Of a DNA stretch of 64,000 bases, positions 48,970-60,139 are shown piece by piece. The notes under the pieces were generated by a model. It searched no databases. It was given only the letters and a program-made list of their open reading frames with translations, and had not been told where the DNA came from. The position numbers and the translations under genes were made by a program. Within the stretch, counting starts at the first letter, position 1, and the number at the start of each line of letters is the position of its first letter. Source of the DNA: Mobula hypostoma (taxonomy: Eukaryota); the NCBI RefSeq assembly GCF_963921235.1, contig NC_086097.1, positions 172,300,001 to 172,364,000 of the forward strand, in the 5' to 3' direction.

Positions 48970-51750
48970 CGGAGGGTCAGGACTGGCAGCTCAATGTTCT
49001 GAGGTTCCCTTGTTTTAAACGTGACAGAGTGAGAGGGATTAAAGGAGGAGGGGTGGCATTACTAGTCAGAGAAAATATCACAGCAGTGCTCAGACAAGAC
49101 AGAATAGAGAGCTCTTCTAGTGAGACTTCATAGGTAGAACTGAGGAATAAGAAAGGTATGAACACATTAATAGGATTATATTATAGACAACCCAACACTC
49201 TGTGGGATTTAGAGGAGCAAATATGTAGAGAGATCGCAGACTGTTGTAAAAATCATAAGGTTATGATAGTAGGTAATTTTAACTTTCTACATATTGACTG
49301 GGACTCTCATACTGTAAAAAGGACTAGATGGGATAGAGTTTGTCAAATGTGTTCAGGAAAGTTCCCTTAATCTGTACATAGAAGTCCCAGTGAGGGAGAG
49401 TGTGATACTAGATCTCCTATTAGGGCAGGTGACAGAAGTTTGTATAGGTAAACACTTCACATCTAGTGATCATAATGCCATTAGGTTCAAGGTAATTATG
49501 GAAAAAGGTAGATCTGGAGCTTGTGTTGAGATTCTAAATTGGAGAAAAGACAATTTCAATGGTATCAGAAAGGATCTGGCAAGTGTGGATTGGGATAGGT
49601 TGTTTTCTGACAAAGGCGTGCTTGGTAAGTGCGAGGCCTTCAAAAATGAAATTCTGAGGGTGCAGAGTTTGTACGTCCCTATCAGAACAACAGGAAGGGT
49701 AATATAATTGTGCACATTGCTTTTTGAGAGATATTGAGGCCTTGGTTAAGAAAAAGAAGGAATTTCACAACATGTATGGGCAAGCAAGAAAAAATGAGGT
49801 ACTTGAGGAGTATAAGAAATGCAAGAAAACACAAGAAGGAAATCAGGAAGGCTAAAAGGAATGAGGCTGGTTGCTCCAACAGACAAGGTGAAGGTGAATC
49901 TTAAGAGATGCTACAGAAATGTTGAAAGCAAAATGATAGCAAGGGACAAAATTGGTCTTCTGGAAGATCAGTATGTTCATCTACGTGTGCAGCCAAAAGA
50001 AAGATCTTAAATGGATCTTTTTGCATCCGTATTTACTTGGGAGACAGACACAAAGTCTATTGAAGTGAGGCAAAGCAGCAGTGATGTTGTAGATCCTAAA
50101 CAGATTACGGAGGAGGAAGTGTTTGCTATCTTGAGGAAAATTAGGGTGGAATCAATCCCCAGGGCCTGAAAAGGTGTTCCCTTGGACCATGTGGGAGGCT
50201 AGTGCAGAAATTGCAGGGGCCCTAGCAGAGATATTTAAATCATCCTTAGCCACGGGTGAGGTGCTGGTGGATTGGAGGATAGTTAATTTTATTGCATTGT
50301 TTAAGAAAGGCTCTAAGAATAAACCAGGAAATTATAGGCTAGTGAGCCTGACATCAGTAGTGGGAAATTGTTGGAAGGTTTTCTAAGGGACCGGATAAAT
50401 TAGTATTTATATAGACAGGGACTGAGTAGGGATAGTCAACATGGCTTTGCACATTACAGATCATGTCTAACCAATCTTATAGAGTTTTTTGAGGAAGTTA
50501 CCAGGAAAGTTGATGAAGGCAAGGCAGTGGACAAGGTCCCGCATGGGAGATTGTTCAAGAAAGTTTGATCGCTTGGCATTCAAGATAGGTAATAAATTGG
50601 ATCAGACATTATCTTTGTAGGAGAAGCCAGAGCATGGTAGGAAATGTTTGCATCTCTGACTGGAGGCTTGTGGCTAGTGGTGTGTGGCAGGGATCGGTGC
50701 TGGGTCCATTGTTGTTTGTCATCTATATCAGTAATCTGAATGATAATTTGGTAAACTGGATCAGCAAATTTGCTGCTGTCTCCAACATTGGGGGTGTGGT
50801 GGACAGCAAAGGAAAGCTATCATAGCTCGGAAGGAGATCAGTACCAACTGGAAAAATGGGCAAAAAATGACAGATAGAATTTAATGCAGACAAGTGTGAG
50901 GTATTGCACTTTGGGAGATCTTACATGGTGAGCGGTAGGGCACTGAGGAGCAGGGTGGAACAGAGGGATCTGGGAATATAGATCCATAATTCCTTGAAAG
51001 TGGTGTCATGGGTAGATAGGGTCATGAAGAAAACTTTTGACATGTTGACCTTCGTAAATCAATATGCTGATACAGGAAACACACATCAAAGTTGCTGGTG
51101 AACGCAGCAGGCCAGGCAGCATCTATAGGAAGAGGCGCAGTCGACGTTTCAGGCCGAGACCCTTCCTGAAACGTCGACTGCGCCTCTTCCTATAGATGCT
51201 GCCTGGCCTGCTGCGTTCACCAGCAACTTTGATGTGTGTTGCTTGAATTTCCAGCATCTGCAGAATTCCTGTTGTTTGCTGATACAGGAGTTGGGATGTT
51301 ATGTCAAAATTGTATAAGATTTGGAGTGTTCTGTGCAGTTTTTGTCACCTACCTACAGGAAAGATGTAAAAAATATTGACAAAGTGTAGAGAAAATTTAC
51401 AAGAATATTGCTGGAACTTGAGGACCTGAGTTATTGAGAAAGGTTGAATAGGTTTGGACTGTATTCCCTGGAGTGCAGAAGACAGAGGGGAAATTTTTAT
51501 TGAGGTGTACAAATTTATGAGGAGTATAGATATTGTAAATGCAAACAGGCTTTTTGCATCAATGTTGGGTGAGACTACAACCAGAGGGCATGGGTTAAGG
51601 GTGAAAGGTGAAATGTTTAAGGAGAACATGAGGAGGATCTTCTTCACTTATAGGATAGTGAGAGTGTGGACTGAGCTACCAGAGCAAGTGGTGTATGCGG
51701 GTTTGATTTCAACATTTAATGGAAATTTGGATAGGTATGTGGATGGGATT
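48970..51750 (+). mobile_element. Degenerate CR1 ORF2, subfamily of 22052-26690, hosting a Penelope foldback
   Basis: GLYYRQPN..EQICREIA; VDWDRLFS; NKPGNYRLVSLTSVVG; QGSVLGPLLFVIYI. Confidence 0.9.
51078..51276. mobile_element. Penelope pseudo-LTR-derived perfect foldback insertion (199 bp)
   Basis: 76-bp perfect inverted repeat (51078-51153 / 51165-51240), 11-nt spacer, 36-nt tail; 13-bp TSD tgctgatacagga (51065-51077, 51277-51289). Confidence 0.95.
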
Positions 51751-51787
51751 GGTAGGGGGCTAAGGTTCAGTCTCCCCTCAAGTCTCT

Positions 51788-52190
51788 CTCAAGTCTCCCC
51801 TCAACCTTCTACGTTCCAAAGAATAAAGACCCAGCTTGTTCAACCTTTCTCTGTAACTTAGGTGATGAAACCCAGGTAACGTTCTAGTAAATCTTCCCTG
51901 TACTCTCTCTAATTTGTTGACATCTTTCCTACAATTCAGTGACCAAAACTGTACACAATACTCCAAATTTGGCCTCACCAATGCCTTGTACAATTTCAAA
52001 ATGCTCTGATTTATAAAGGCCAGCATACCAAAAGCTTTCTTCACCACCCTATCCACATGAGATTCCACCTTCAGGGGACTTTGCACCATTATTTCTAGAT
52101 CCCTCTGTTCTACTGCATTCTTCAATTCTTCATATGAAGAATACTTCATTCTTCAACTAACCAATCGCAATTCACAGCCTATTGCAGCAA
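51788..52190 (-). repeat. CR1 fragment plus flank, duplicated at ~59163-59556
   Basis: ORFs 51778..52149 and 59164..59514 are near-identical and share the same non-CR1 flank. Confidence 0.9.
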
Positions 52191-52582
52191 AATATTGGTC
52201 TGATATCTGTAACTATGTTAATGATTCCAAAAATGCTTTACAGTATCACAAACAATATCTGACCCTGAACATATAGGGAAGTAACACAAGTAGCACAAGT
52301 AGGCCATTCAGCCCCTCATGCATGTTCTACATTCAATAGGATCATGACTGAGCTTTAATTGAGATCTCATTTCCTACATTGTTCCCACATTCCTCGATTC
52401 CTTGCACATCCAAAACTCTATCAGTGATTCTCCTGAATGCAATCAGTGACTGATACTTTAGAGCCTACCAGAGTAGAAAATTCCAAACACTCTCCAGTCT
52501 CTGGGTGAAATGAATTCTTGTGTTTGTCCTGGACCCCTTATTCTGAGACAGTGAAACCTAGTTATGGACCCGAGAAAATGAA

Positions 52583-52705
52583 ATCTGATGAAGCATCTTT
52601 GACCTGAAATGTTAACTCCGTTTCTCTTCCCACTACTACTGTCAGAACTGCTGAGTGTTCCCAGCCTTTCCTGGTTTTACTTTAGGTTTCTAAATCTGTA
52701 ATTTG
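52583..52705 (+). mobile_element. Penelope pseudo-LTR remnant with degenerate hammerhead
   Basis: ctgatgaagcatctttgacctgaaatgttaact...ctgctgagtgttcccagc. Confidence 0.6.
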
Positions 52706-52939
52706 TTTGTTTTTCATCAAAATTCATCCTCATCTCTTCCCTGTTAAGGCCCCATAAGAATTACTTATATTTCCAATTTTTCACAGATTTCAAGTATGTA
52801 TTCGGGCAGGAGATCAAAACGCTTGCTCAGATAAGAGCTTTTAGCCCAAGGTGGATGGTCAATGGTTCAGCACAGTCTAGATAGGCCAAAAGGCCTATAT
52901 CTGTGCTGTAGTATTCTATGACTCTATGGCTCTAACTCC

Positions 52940-53199
52940 ACAGACCATCATGCATGAAAATCCCAGCAGTTTCTGAGATACTCAAACCACCTTGTCTGGC
53001 ACCAACAATGATTCCACAGTCAAAGTCACTTAAACCACATTTCTCCTCCATTTTGATGTTTGTATAAACAACAAATGAACCTCTTGACCATGTGTCCATG
53101 CTTCTGTGTATTGAGTTGTTACCACATGATTGTCTGATTAGATATTTGCATTAGAAAGTAGGTGTACAAGTATACTTAATAAAGTGGCCAATAAGTGTA
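52940..53199 (+). mobile_element. Non-autonomous Tc1/mariner element, right half
   Basis: cagcagtttctgagatactca...cttaataaagtggccaataagtg+TA, a terminus seen in fish Tc1-derived MITEs. Confidence 0.65.
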
Positions 53200-53349
53200 T
53201 GATAAGGAGGTTCTGCTGGAATCAAACACTTTGCAACCAAACCTCATCTCCACTTCATAACTTATCAAGCTTTTTCATGAAGCAACTAATCTATCTTCCA
53301 TGATAGCATTATCTCTAATTGTCCCTTACTGGGAAGCCAGTTCCAAATT

Positions 53350-53585
53350 TTAGAGTCACATTTAGCCAGGCCAAGGGTAGTACAGTTCCCACTTGATGAG
53401 GGAGATTGGTGAGTTAGATGAATTTTAGTGACAATCCATTGGTTTCAGATTGTCATTGCAGATACTAGATTTGGAATCACAGATTTATTTAATGATTTGA
53501 ATTTAAGTTCTAGAGATACTTTGGTGAGATTCACATTCAAGATCTGAATCATTGTCCTAGGTGTCTACATTAACTTAACAACTAG
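53350..53585 (-). mobile_element. Old tRNA-derived shark-type SINE (SacSINE-like); related remnants at ~35900-36050, 39555-39715 and 41345-41425
   Basis: gagtcacatttagccagg...gacaatcc...cagatttattt...gaatttaagttc...ggtgagattcacattc (decayed box B); recognised from memory. Confidence 0.5.
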
Positions 53586-53829
53586 AGCAGATGAGAGTTG
53601 ATGCAGAGTAATAGGCCTTGGTTCTCTCAGATCTCCGTGTCACTGCGCCCAAGGCTCCTTCCTGTTGAGTTGTAAGGTTGCTGCTCGTGCAACAGTTTCT
53701 TCACATGATAGGCTTACACATAGGCCTTGACCAGATATGCCAACACTCTCATCACCCTTAAGCTGAGCAAAAACCATCAATATTGCATACCCTTCACAGA
53801 ATCCTTTTCTCTAATTCTTATCTTACTTA

Positions 53830-54070
53830 GAGGTACAGCATGGTAACAGGCACTTCTGCTCAACTAGCCAACACCATTCAATTACACCTATGTGTCCAAT
53901 TAACCTACTGGCCGAACGTTTCTGGAATGTGGAAGGAAACCGTGGCACCTGGAAGAGACTCATACAGTCACAGGGAGAACATGCAAATTCTTTACAAACG
54001 GTGGTGGAACTGAACCTGGGTCGCCGGTCTGTAACTGTCCTACGCTAACCACTATGCTACCATGCTGCCC
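53830..54070 (-). mobile_element. HE1-like tRNA/V-SINE with CR1-derived tail
   Basis: Minus strand begins gggcagcatggtagcatagtggttagcg (box A) ... ccaggttcagttcc (box B); tail cctgttaccatgctgtacctct. Confidence 0.75.
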
Positions 54071-54989
54071 CTAATTTTTATACACAGTTAGTGCCCTTTG
54101 TTTAAAGCTTCACTTCTTTCTCCTTCATTTTTCCAAGGGGAACTGATCACGTGCATGCATTTGGGATGAGGCAGGAAATAGAACAGAAAGGTAAAATGGC
54201 TGTGAAAGTTAAGTCATGATTTTATAGAATGGTGCAGCAGACTGGAGGGGCCAAATGGCCTCCTCATGCTCTATTCCCGCTGTTCTAATATTGTTTCCAT
54301 TGCACTAACTACCCCTCAATCCACACATTCTTCCTAATCTCACAAAAAAGGGTATTTTTCTGAATCCTTTTTTGGGTTTTTTTAATAACATTCAGATATG
54401 CATGCTCCTATCTTTAAGTTTAGTTGCAATAAATGTTTCAAAATAATTATATTTAATTATTTGTCTAATCTTTCAGTCTTTGTCAACAAAATCAGTCAGC
54501 TGGCATCGCCAACAAATTAAATTAAATTCCTGGTCACTGATCTGTAATGTGGATTTAGATAAATGATTATAATCAAAGTCTCTGATCTCACATTTCTGCA
54601 CAGTGAACAATTATCAGAGCATTTCATTATTAGATTACAATTGTCTCAAGATTAAGATTCTAGCTGCTTTGTTATCTTGTCCCTCACTGCTGTCAAGGAC
54701 TGTGCTGTCTGCCTCATGTAGAAACATTATGTGGTCTAGCTTGTCTGTGAAGGGTGTATCTGTATCATTTGTACCATCAAATGGCTCCATTCCTATTATG
54801 TGTTTGGAGATGTATTCGAGCATATCTCTAGTTTGTCAAAAAATCAGAGCGGGGAACTTTAGTGTCAGGTTTTATGCTCTTCATCTCCACTTGTCCTGGG
54901 AATCAGCTGTTTGTTCTGGAGTCACATATAACACACCCTATATTAGCAGTGATGACATCAGAGAACCCTGGCTCTAATCCCAAACATGC

Positions 54990-55375
54990 CAGTCATTTCT
55001 CTCCATTGACCACGCTCTTTTCTCACTGTGGCTATCAGGTAGAAGGTCCAAGTGCATTAGGGCTCACACCACCAGCTTCAAGAACAGTCACTACCCCTCA
55101 ACCATCAGACTCCTGAGCAAAAGGAGATAACTACACTCATTTATGGACTCTTTTATCTTGTTATTTCATGGTTATTATTTATTGCTATTTATCTATTATC
55201 TGCATTTGCATAGCTTGGCTACAGTTTACACTTCTTGATGCTTATAGTTTGTAGATCCTGTTTACAGTGACTGTCCTGTAGAATTGCTAAGTATGCCTTC
55301 AGGAAAAGAACTTCAGGGTTGTATGTGGTGACGTGTATGAACTCTGATAATAAATTTTACTTTGAACTTTAAATT
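54990..55375 (+). mobile_element. Rex1 3' end
   Basis: caccaccagcttcaagaacag...ccctcaaccatcag; tail taataaattttactttgaacttt. Confidence 0.75.
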
Positions 55376-56271
55376 TTGAATCTTATATTGGCTCCACTGT
55401 TCTGAAAACTCCAATCTAATCATCCGTTGATTTCCAAAAATTCCAAAAGTTGTGTAATCTCCCAATTTAAGCTTTGGAATACAGCCATGATTAGTCACAG
55501 AGCTTGAGTCACACCGCATGGAAACGAACTCTTCATCACCACTGGTCCACGCTGACTAACTTAACATCTAAATTAGTCCCATTTGTCCCTGTTTGGCCCA
55601 TGTCCCTTTAAACCTTTCCTATCTGTGTTCCTGCCCACGTACCTTTTAAATGCTTCTGTATCTATTAACGTACCAGATTTCAGCCAAATAGGTTTTGTAT
55701 GCCTGCCATATCCGGAGCATCTTTCCCAAGGTGTGGTGCACAGAATGTTTCTCTGTAGCGAAGTAAAAGGAGTGTTGGCTAACTGTTTAAGACCTTACAC
55801 TAATGTGCAGAAACCTGTATTTTTCATCAGTACATCAGTTCTAGTCACATTGTAGCAGCAGTAGAATCTGAATTCAGATGAGTACATAGGATCAATAACT
55901 GTGGCTATGCAACTATTGGATTGCTATAGCAACGATCCAGTACTCTAGATTGTACAGGGGAGAAATGCAATAACCTGACTGAGCCTCAGGTCTGTGACCT
56001 AGAGCACAGAACATAGAGCAGTATAGCGCAGGAATAGGCCTGACAGCCCACAATGACTTCACTGAGCAAGATGCCTAATTAAACTATGTCTCTTCTGCCT
56101 GCAAGAGACTCTGTCTATACTTGTCACTGCCTCAGTAAAGCAAGCAACATAATCAAAGGACCCTAGTCTTTGGATAATCCCTCTTCTGATCCTTCCCATC
56201 GGGCAGAAAATTTAAAAGCCGGAAAGCACATAGCATCTGGCTTAAGGACAACTTGTATCTCACTGTTTTTA

Positions 56272-56530
56272 ATTAAAGTCTGTCACGAGCCTTGTGGCTC
56301 ATCAGGCCAGTGCTTATGCCGGTTTCCATGGCATGAAGCGACTGAGAGTATGAGACTTCCCCCCGGATAGGACGCCAGTCTATCGCGAGGTTAATCCCCA
56401 GCATTTTTGGTGGTACCCATTCTCAGCTGGGTAGACTGGAGCATTGTGTGGTTAAGTGCCTTGCTCAAGGACACACACGCTGCCTCGGCCAAGGCTCGAA
56501 ACCACAACCTTCAGATCGCTAGTCCAACGC
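56272..56530 (-). mobile_element. tRNA-derived SINE, 5' end clipped
   Basis: Minus strand box B ggtttcgagcc, gtgtccttgagcaaggcacttaacc, acccagctgagaatgggtacc, 3' stem-loop gagcc-acaa-ggctc. Confidence 0.75.
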
Positions 56531-57770
56531 GGGAACAGGACTAGGAACTATGAACTAGGAGCCAGGGCTTGAACTCCGAACCAGAGACTGGACAAGGACC
56601 CAAACCTTGCCTCGGGATCGGACCCCAGATCTAGGCAAGGACATGACATGGCTACAGGACAGGATGTGGCTGGGGTCTAGAGGCTTGTCATGTCCTTGCC
56701 TAGTCCTGGGGCCAAAGAACCATCGCTTCACGGAGCCTTGCTGTCGGTAGTCGGAGCTGTCTTTGCAGTATGGATTTGGCTGTTTCCCAGGCCAGCTGAG
56801 TGGCCGTCAGCCACTCCGAGCTAGGTCAGGATCCGGCTGTTTCCGTAACCAGCCAAGGTTGATGGCTGTAACTGCGACTCGGAGCAACCCCAATGCAGAG
56901 ATGGAACTGTCTGTCATTCTTCGGTGTTTGTCTCTTCTTGTCCTCGCTAAGTCAGGCCGTTCTGCTGTTACCCTATGGTTGGATCTGTCTCCTCTTGTCC
57001 TCGCCTCTGTGGGGTATGTCAGGCCGTTCTGCCATTGCCCTGCAGAGGGATCTGTCTTGTCTTGTCTTTGCCTCTGTTGGGTAAGTCAGGCCATTCTGCC
57101 GTTACCCGATGGATGGACCTGTCCCACCTTGGTGTGGAGATAAAGTTGAGTCCTGGCTTGTCTAAGGATAAGTCCCAGCTCTATGTCTATGTACTGTCCA
57201 GTCTCATGTTACTGTCGTGTTAAAGATGAGTCTTGGCTTTTCGAAGGATAAATCCGGGCTTTATGTTGATGTACAGTCTGTCTCCGAGCTCCAGCCTCTG
57301 AGTTATCAGCCTCCGCATTCCAAGACCCCAGCTTCCAGCCTCCAGCCTCCAGCCTCAAGACCCCAGCCTCCAGCCTCCAGCCTCCAGCCCCAAGACCCCA
57401 TCCTCAAAACCCCAGCCTCAAGACCCCAGCCTCCAGCCTCCAGCCTCAAGACCCCAGCCTCCAGCCTCAAGCCTCAAGACCCCAGCCTCCAGCCTCAAGC
57501 CTCAAGACCCCAGCCACGTCCAGTCCTGTAGCCATATCATGTCCTTGCCTAGTTCTGGGGTCTGAGCCCAAGGCAAGACCCAGGTTCTGGGTCCTTGTCC
57601 AGTCTCTGGCTCGGAGTCCTAGCCCAGGCTCCTAGTTCATAGTTCCTTGTCCGGGTTCCCTGTTTCTTCTCCATGTACTAGCCCAGGTCCTGCATCCTAG
57701 TCCTGTTCCTAGTACTTTAGTGTCTGTGTCTTGCATTTGGGTCCGTTCCCAAGGCGCCCACCTTGTGAAA
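56531..57770 (+). mobile_element. Rearranged LTR-like element (Gypsy-type U5 end) with internal inversion and tandem repeats
   Basis: 3' end gtgtcttgcatttgggtcc...ttgtgaaa resembles fish Gypsy LTR ends; 56531-56687 is an inverted copy of 57496-57660. Confidence 0.55.
57290..57515 (+). repeat. 7-bp period tandem repeat (ccagcct / caagacc / caagcct)
   Basis: Directly visible; produces the PASS/QP low-complexity ORF 57217..57531. Confidence 0.9.
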
Positions 57771-57897
57771 AGGAGAGCAAACCTGAGTTGTTTTCTCTAG
57801 AGTGATGAAGGCTGAGGGAAAAATCTCATAAAATCATGAGGGGCATACCTTCAGATAAAATAGCAGACAGTATCTTTTCCCCTAGGTCAATATATCT

Positions 57898-58441
57898 TCT
57901 TTTTTCTTTCTTTCTTTATCAATTTTTTATTGGTTTAAAAGGAGCATAAATACAGTCAATTATTTCGAATATATATATCAAAAACAATACAAACCAAGAT
58001 TAAGATAGATATTGTCAAAATCATAGATATTGTTAAACTAGTATAAAATATATAATAAAAAACTGAAAACGGCAATTCTCCTCTTATCAATTAAGTTTTA
58101 AATGGAGAGAAAAAAAACACAATACTATATAAAAAAAACAAAAACAAAAAAAAAGGGCTGGGCAGTCCATTTTGAGAAGAGGACCAAAAAAAAAGCAAGA
58201 AAGATTTTCTGATCAAATCTAAAACTTCAAAAAAAAAGATTGAAAGAGTAATAAATCAAATTAAATGAAAATGTTGGATAAAAGGTCACCAGATTTGCTG
58301 AAATTTAAAGGATGTATCAAATGTCCGACTTCTTATTCTCTCTAAACTTAAACAGAACATAATGGAGGAGAGCCAATAAAAGACCGTAGGTGGATTAGAA
58401 TCCTTCCACTTCAATAAAATGGCTCTCCTAACCAGTAAGGT
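57898..58441 (-). mobile_element. L1 LINE 3' end inserted in a CR1 fragment (57775-58735, +)
   Basis: Manual translation LLVRRAILLKWKDSNPPTVFYWLSSIMFCLSLERIR..FQQIW*PF (fish L1 C-terminus); A-rich tail; TSD aatatatct (57889-57897, 58442-58450). Confidence 0.85.
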
Positions 58442-58789
58442 AATATATCTAATACTAGAGTACATGCATTTAAAAAGAGGAAAAGTTCAGGGGAGGTATG
58501 CAGGGCAAGTTTTTTACACAGATTGCTTGGTGGTTAGAATGCTCTGCTGGGGTGGTGTGAAGGCAGATACTGAGGCACTTAGATAGGCACATGAATATGC
58601 AGAGAATGGGGGTGTATGAAGTATGTAGAAAGAGAAAGGAACAGTGTAATTAGGTAGAATTAGCTTAATCAACTCAGCACAAAACTGTGGACCAAAGGAC
58701 CTGTTCCTGTGCTGTACTACGTTCTATGTTCCTCTGTTCTTTTTCCATTGGTCTTGCTAATATTCTCAAGCTCTGAGCCCCAGTAATAT

Positions 58790-59485
58790 AACCATATAAT
58801 CATATAACAATTACAGCACGGAAACAGGCCATCGTCACCCTTCTAGTCCATGCCGAACTCTTACTCTCACCTAGTCCCACCGATCTGCACTCAGCCTGTA
58901 ACCCTCCATTCCTTTCCTGTCCATATAGCTGTCCAATTTAACTTTAAACAACAACATTGAACCTGCCTCAACCACTTCTGCTGGAAGCTCGTTCCACACA
59001 GCTACCACTCTCTGAGTAAAAAAGTTCTCCCTCATGTTACCCCTAAACTTTTGCACCTTAACTCTCAGCTCATGTCCTCTTGTTTGAATCTCCCGCACTC
59101 TCAATGGAAAAAGCCTATCCATGTTAACTCTATCTATCCCCCTCATAATTTTAAATACCTCTATCAAGTCTCCCTCAACATTCTACGCTCCAAAGAATAA
59201 AGACCCAACTTGTTCAACCTTTCTCTGTAACTTAGGTGATGAAACCCAGGTAACATTCTAGTAAATCTTCTCTGTACTCTCTCTAATTCGTTGACATCTT
59301 TCCTACAATTCGGTGACCAAAACTGTACACAATACTCCAAATTTGGCCTCACCAATGCCTTGTACAATTTCAACATGCTCTGATTTATAAAGGCCAGCAT
59401 ACCAAAAGCTTTCTTCACCACATGAGATTCCACCTTCAGGGGACTTTGCACCATTATTTCTAGATCCCTCTGTTCTACTGCATTC
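58790..59485 (-). mobile_element. CR1 3' fragment
   Basis: EYCVQFWSP..; IEVFKIMRGIDRV..FFTQRVVAVWNELP; tail accatataatcatataac. Confidence 0.9.
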
Positions 59486-60139
59486 TTCAATTCTTCATAT
59501 GAAGAATACTTCATTCTTCAACTAACCAATCGCAATTTATAGCCTATTGCAACAAAGAGTTATTCTCCACCATTTGTCACTTCCTTTAATTCAGGGTTTG
59601 CAAACCAATCAATGCAAACTGACAATTGGATTAAATTAGGCAAAGAGCCATTAATAACTACATTACTGCAATATAATTTAAATGCCTTCGGAAATACATT
59701 TTAAATGGGATTAAGAGAACCAAAGGAATTGATTTGGCAAAAAGACAATTAACATCAGTTTCAAAATGAATCATCAGTTTCTTTAAGGACCAGAAAATTG
59801 AATATCCAAACGTTTTTCAGTGTGCATAGATAACCTTGCTTCTCATTTACCTGAGCTGCTTGTTTGCCTTAAATATTGCGCTGTTACAAGGCCCAATAAA
59901 AGATTCAGGGTCTTCTAAATGAAGTCATTGCAGCTGAAATCCCTCACATTTTTTGAACTCAGTATCGAATCCTCCAATGTCAAATTGCTCACTCCTCCTT
60001 TCTGTCTCAGTCAGAATGAGTCATTTTTGGCTTCGTATTTCTGAATTTATTCCCACCGTCTAGACTGCTGGACATGCCCTGCTGCTTCACTATTGGCAAC
60101 ACATTGCAGAAACAAAGAAGCTTCATATGTTCTTCCCTA

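Noticed and set aside
53990..54070. tRNA gene
   Set aside because: Box A/B belong to a SINE head followed by SINE body and CR1 tail; no complete cloverleaf
56283..56310. Minus-strand ctgatgag-stem-loop as a hammerhead ribozyme
   Set aside because: No GAAA after the stem; fits a LINE/SINE 3' recognition stem-loop
57290..57515. CRISPR-like or other spacer array
   Set aside because: No unique spacers, only degenerate 7-mers, and the context is eukaryotic
57217..57531. Pro/Ser/Gln-rich 104-aa ORF
   Set aside because: Translation of a 7-bp tandem repeat inside an LTR-like element
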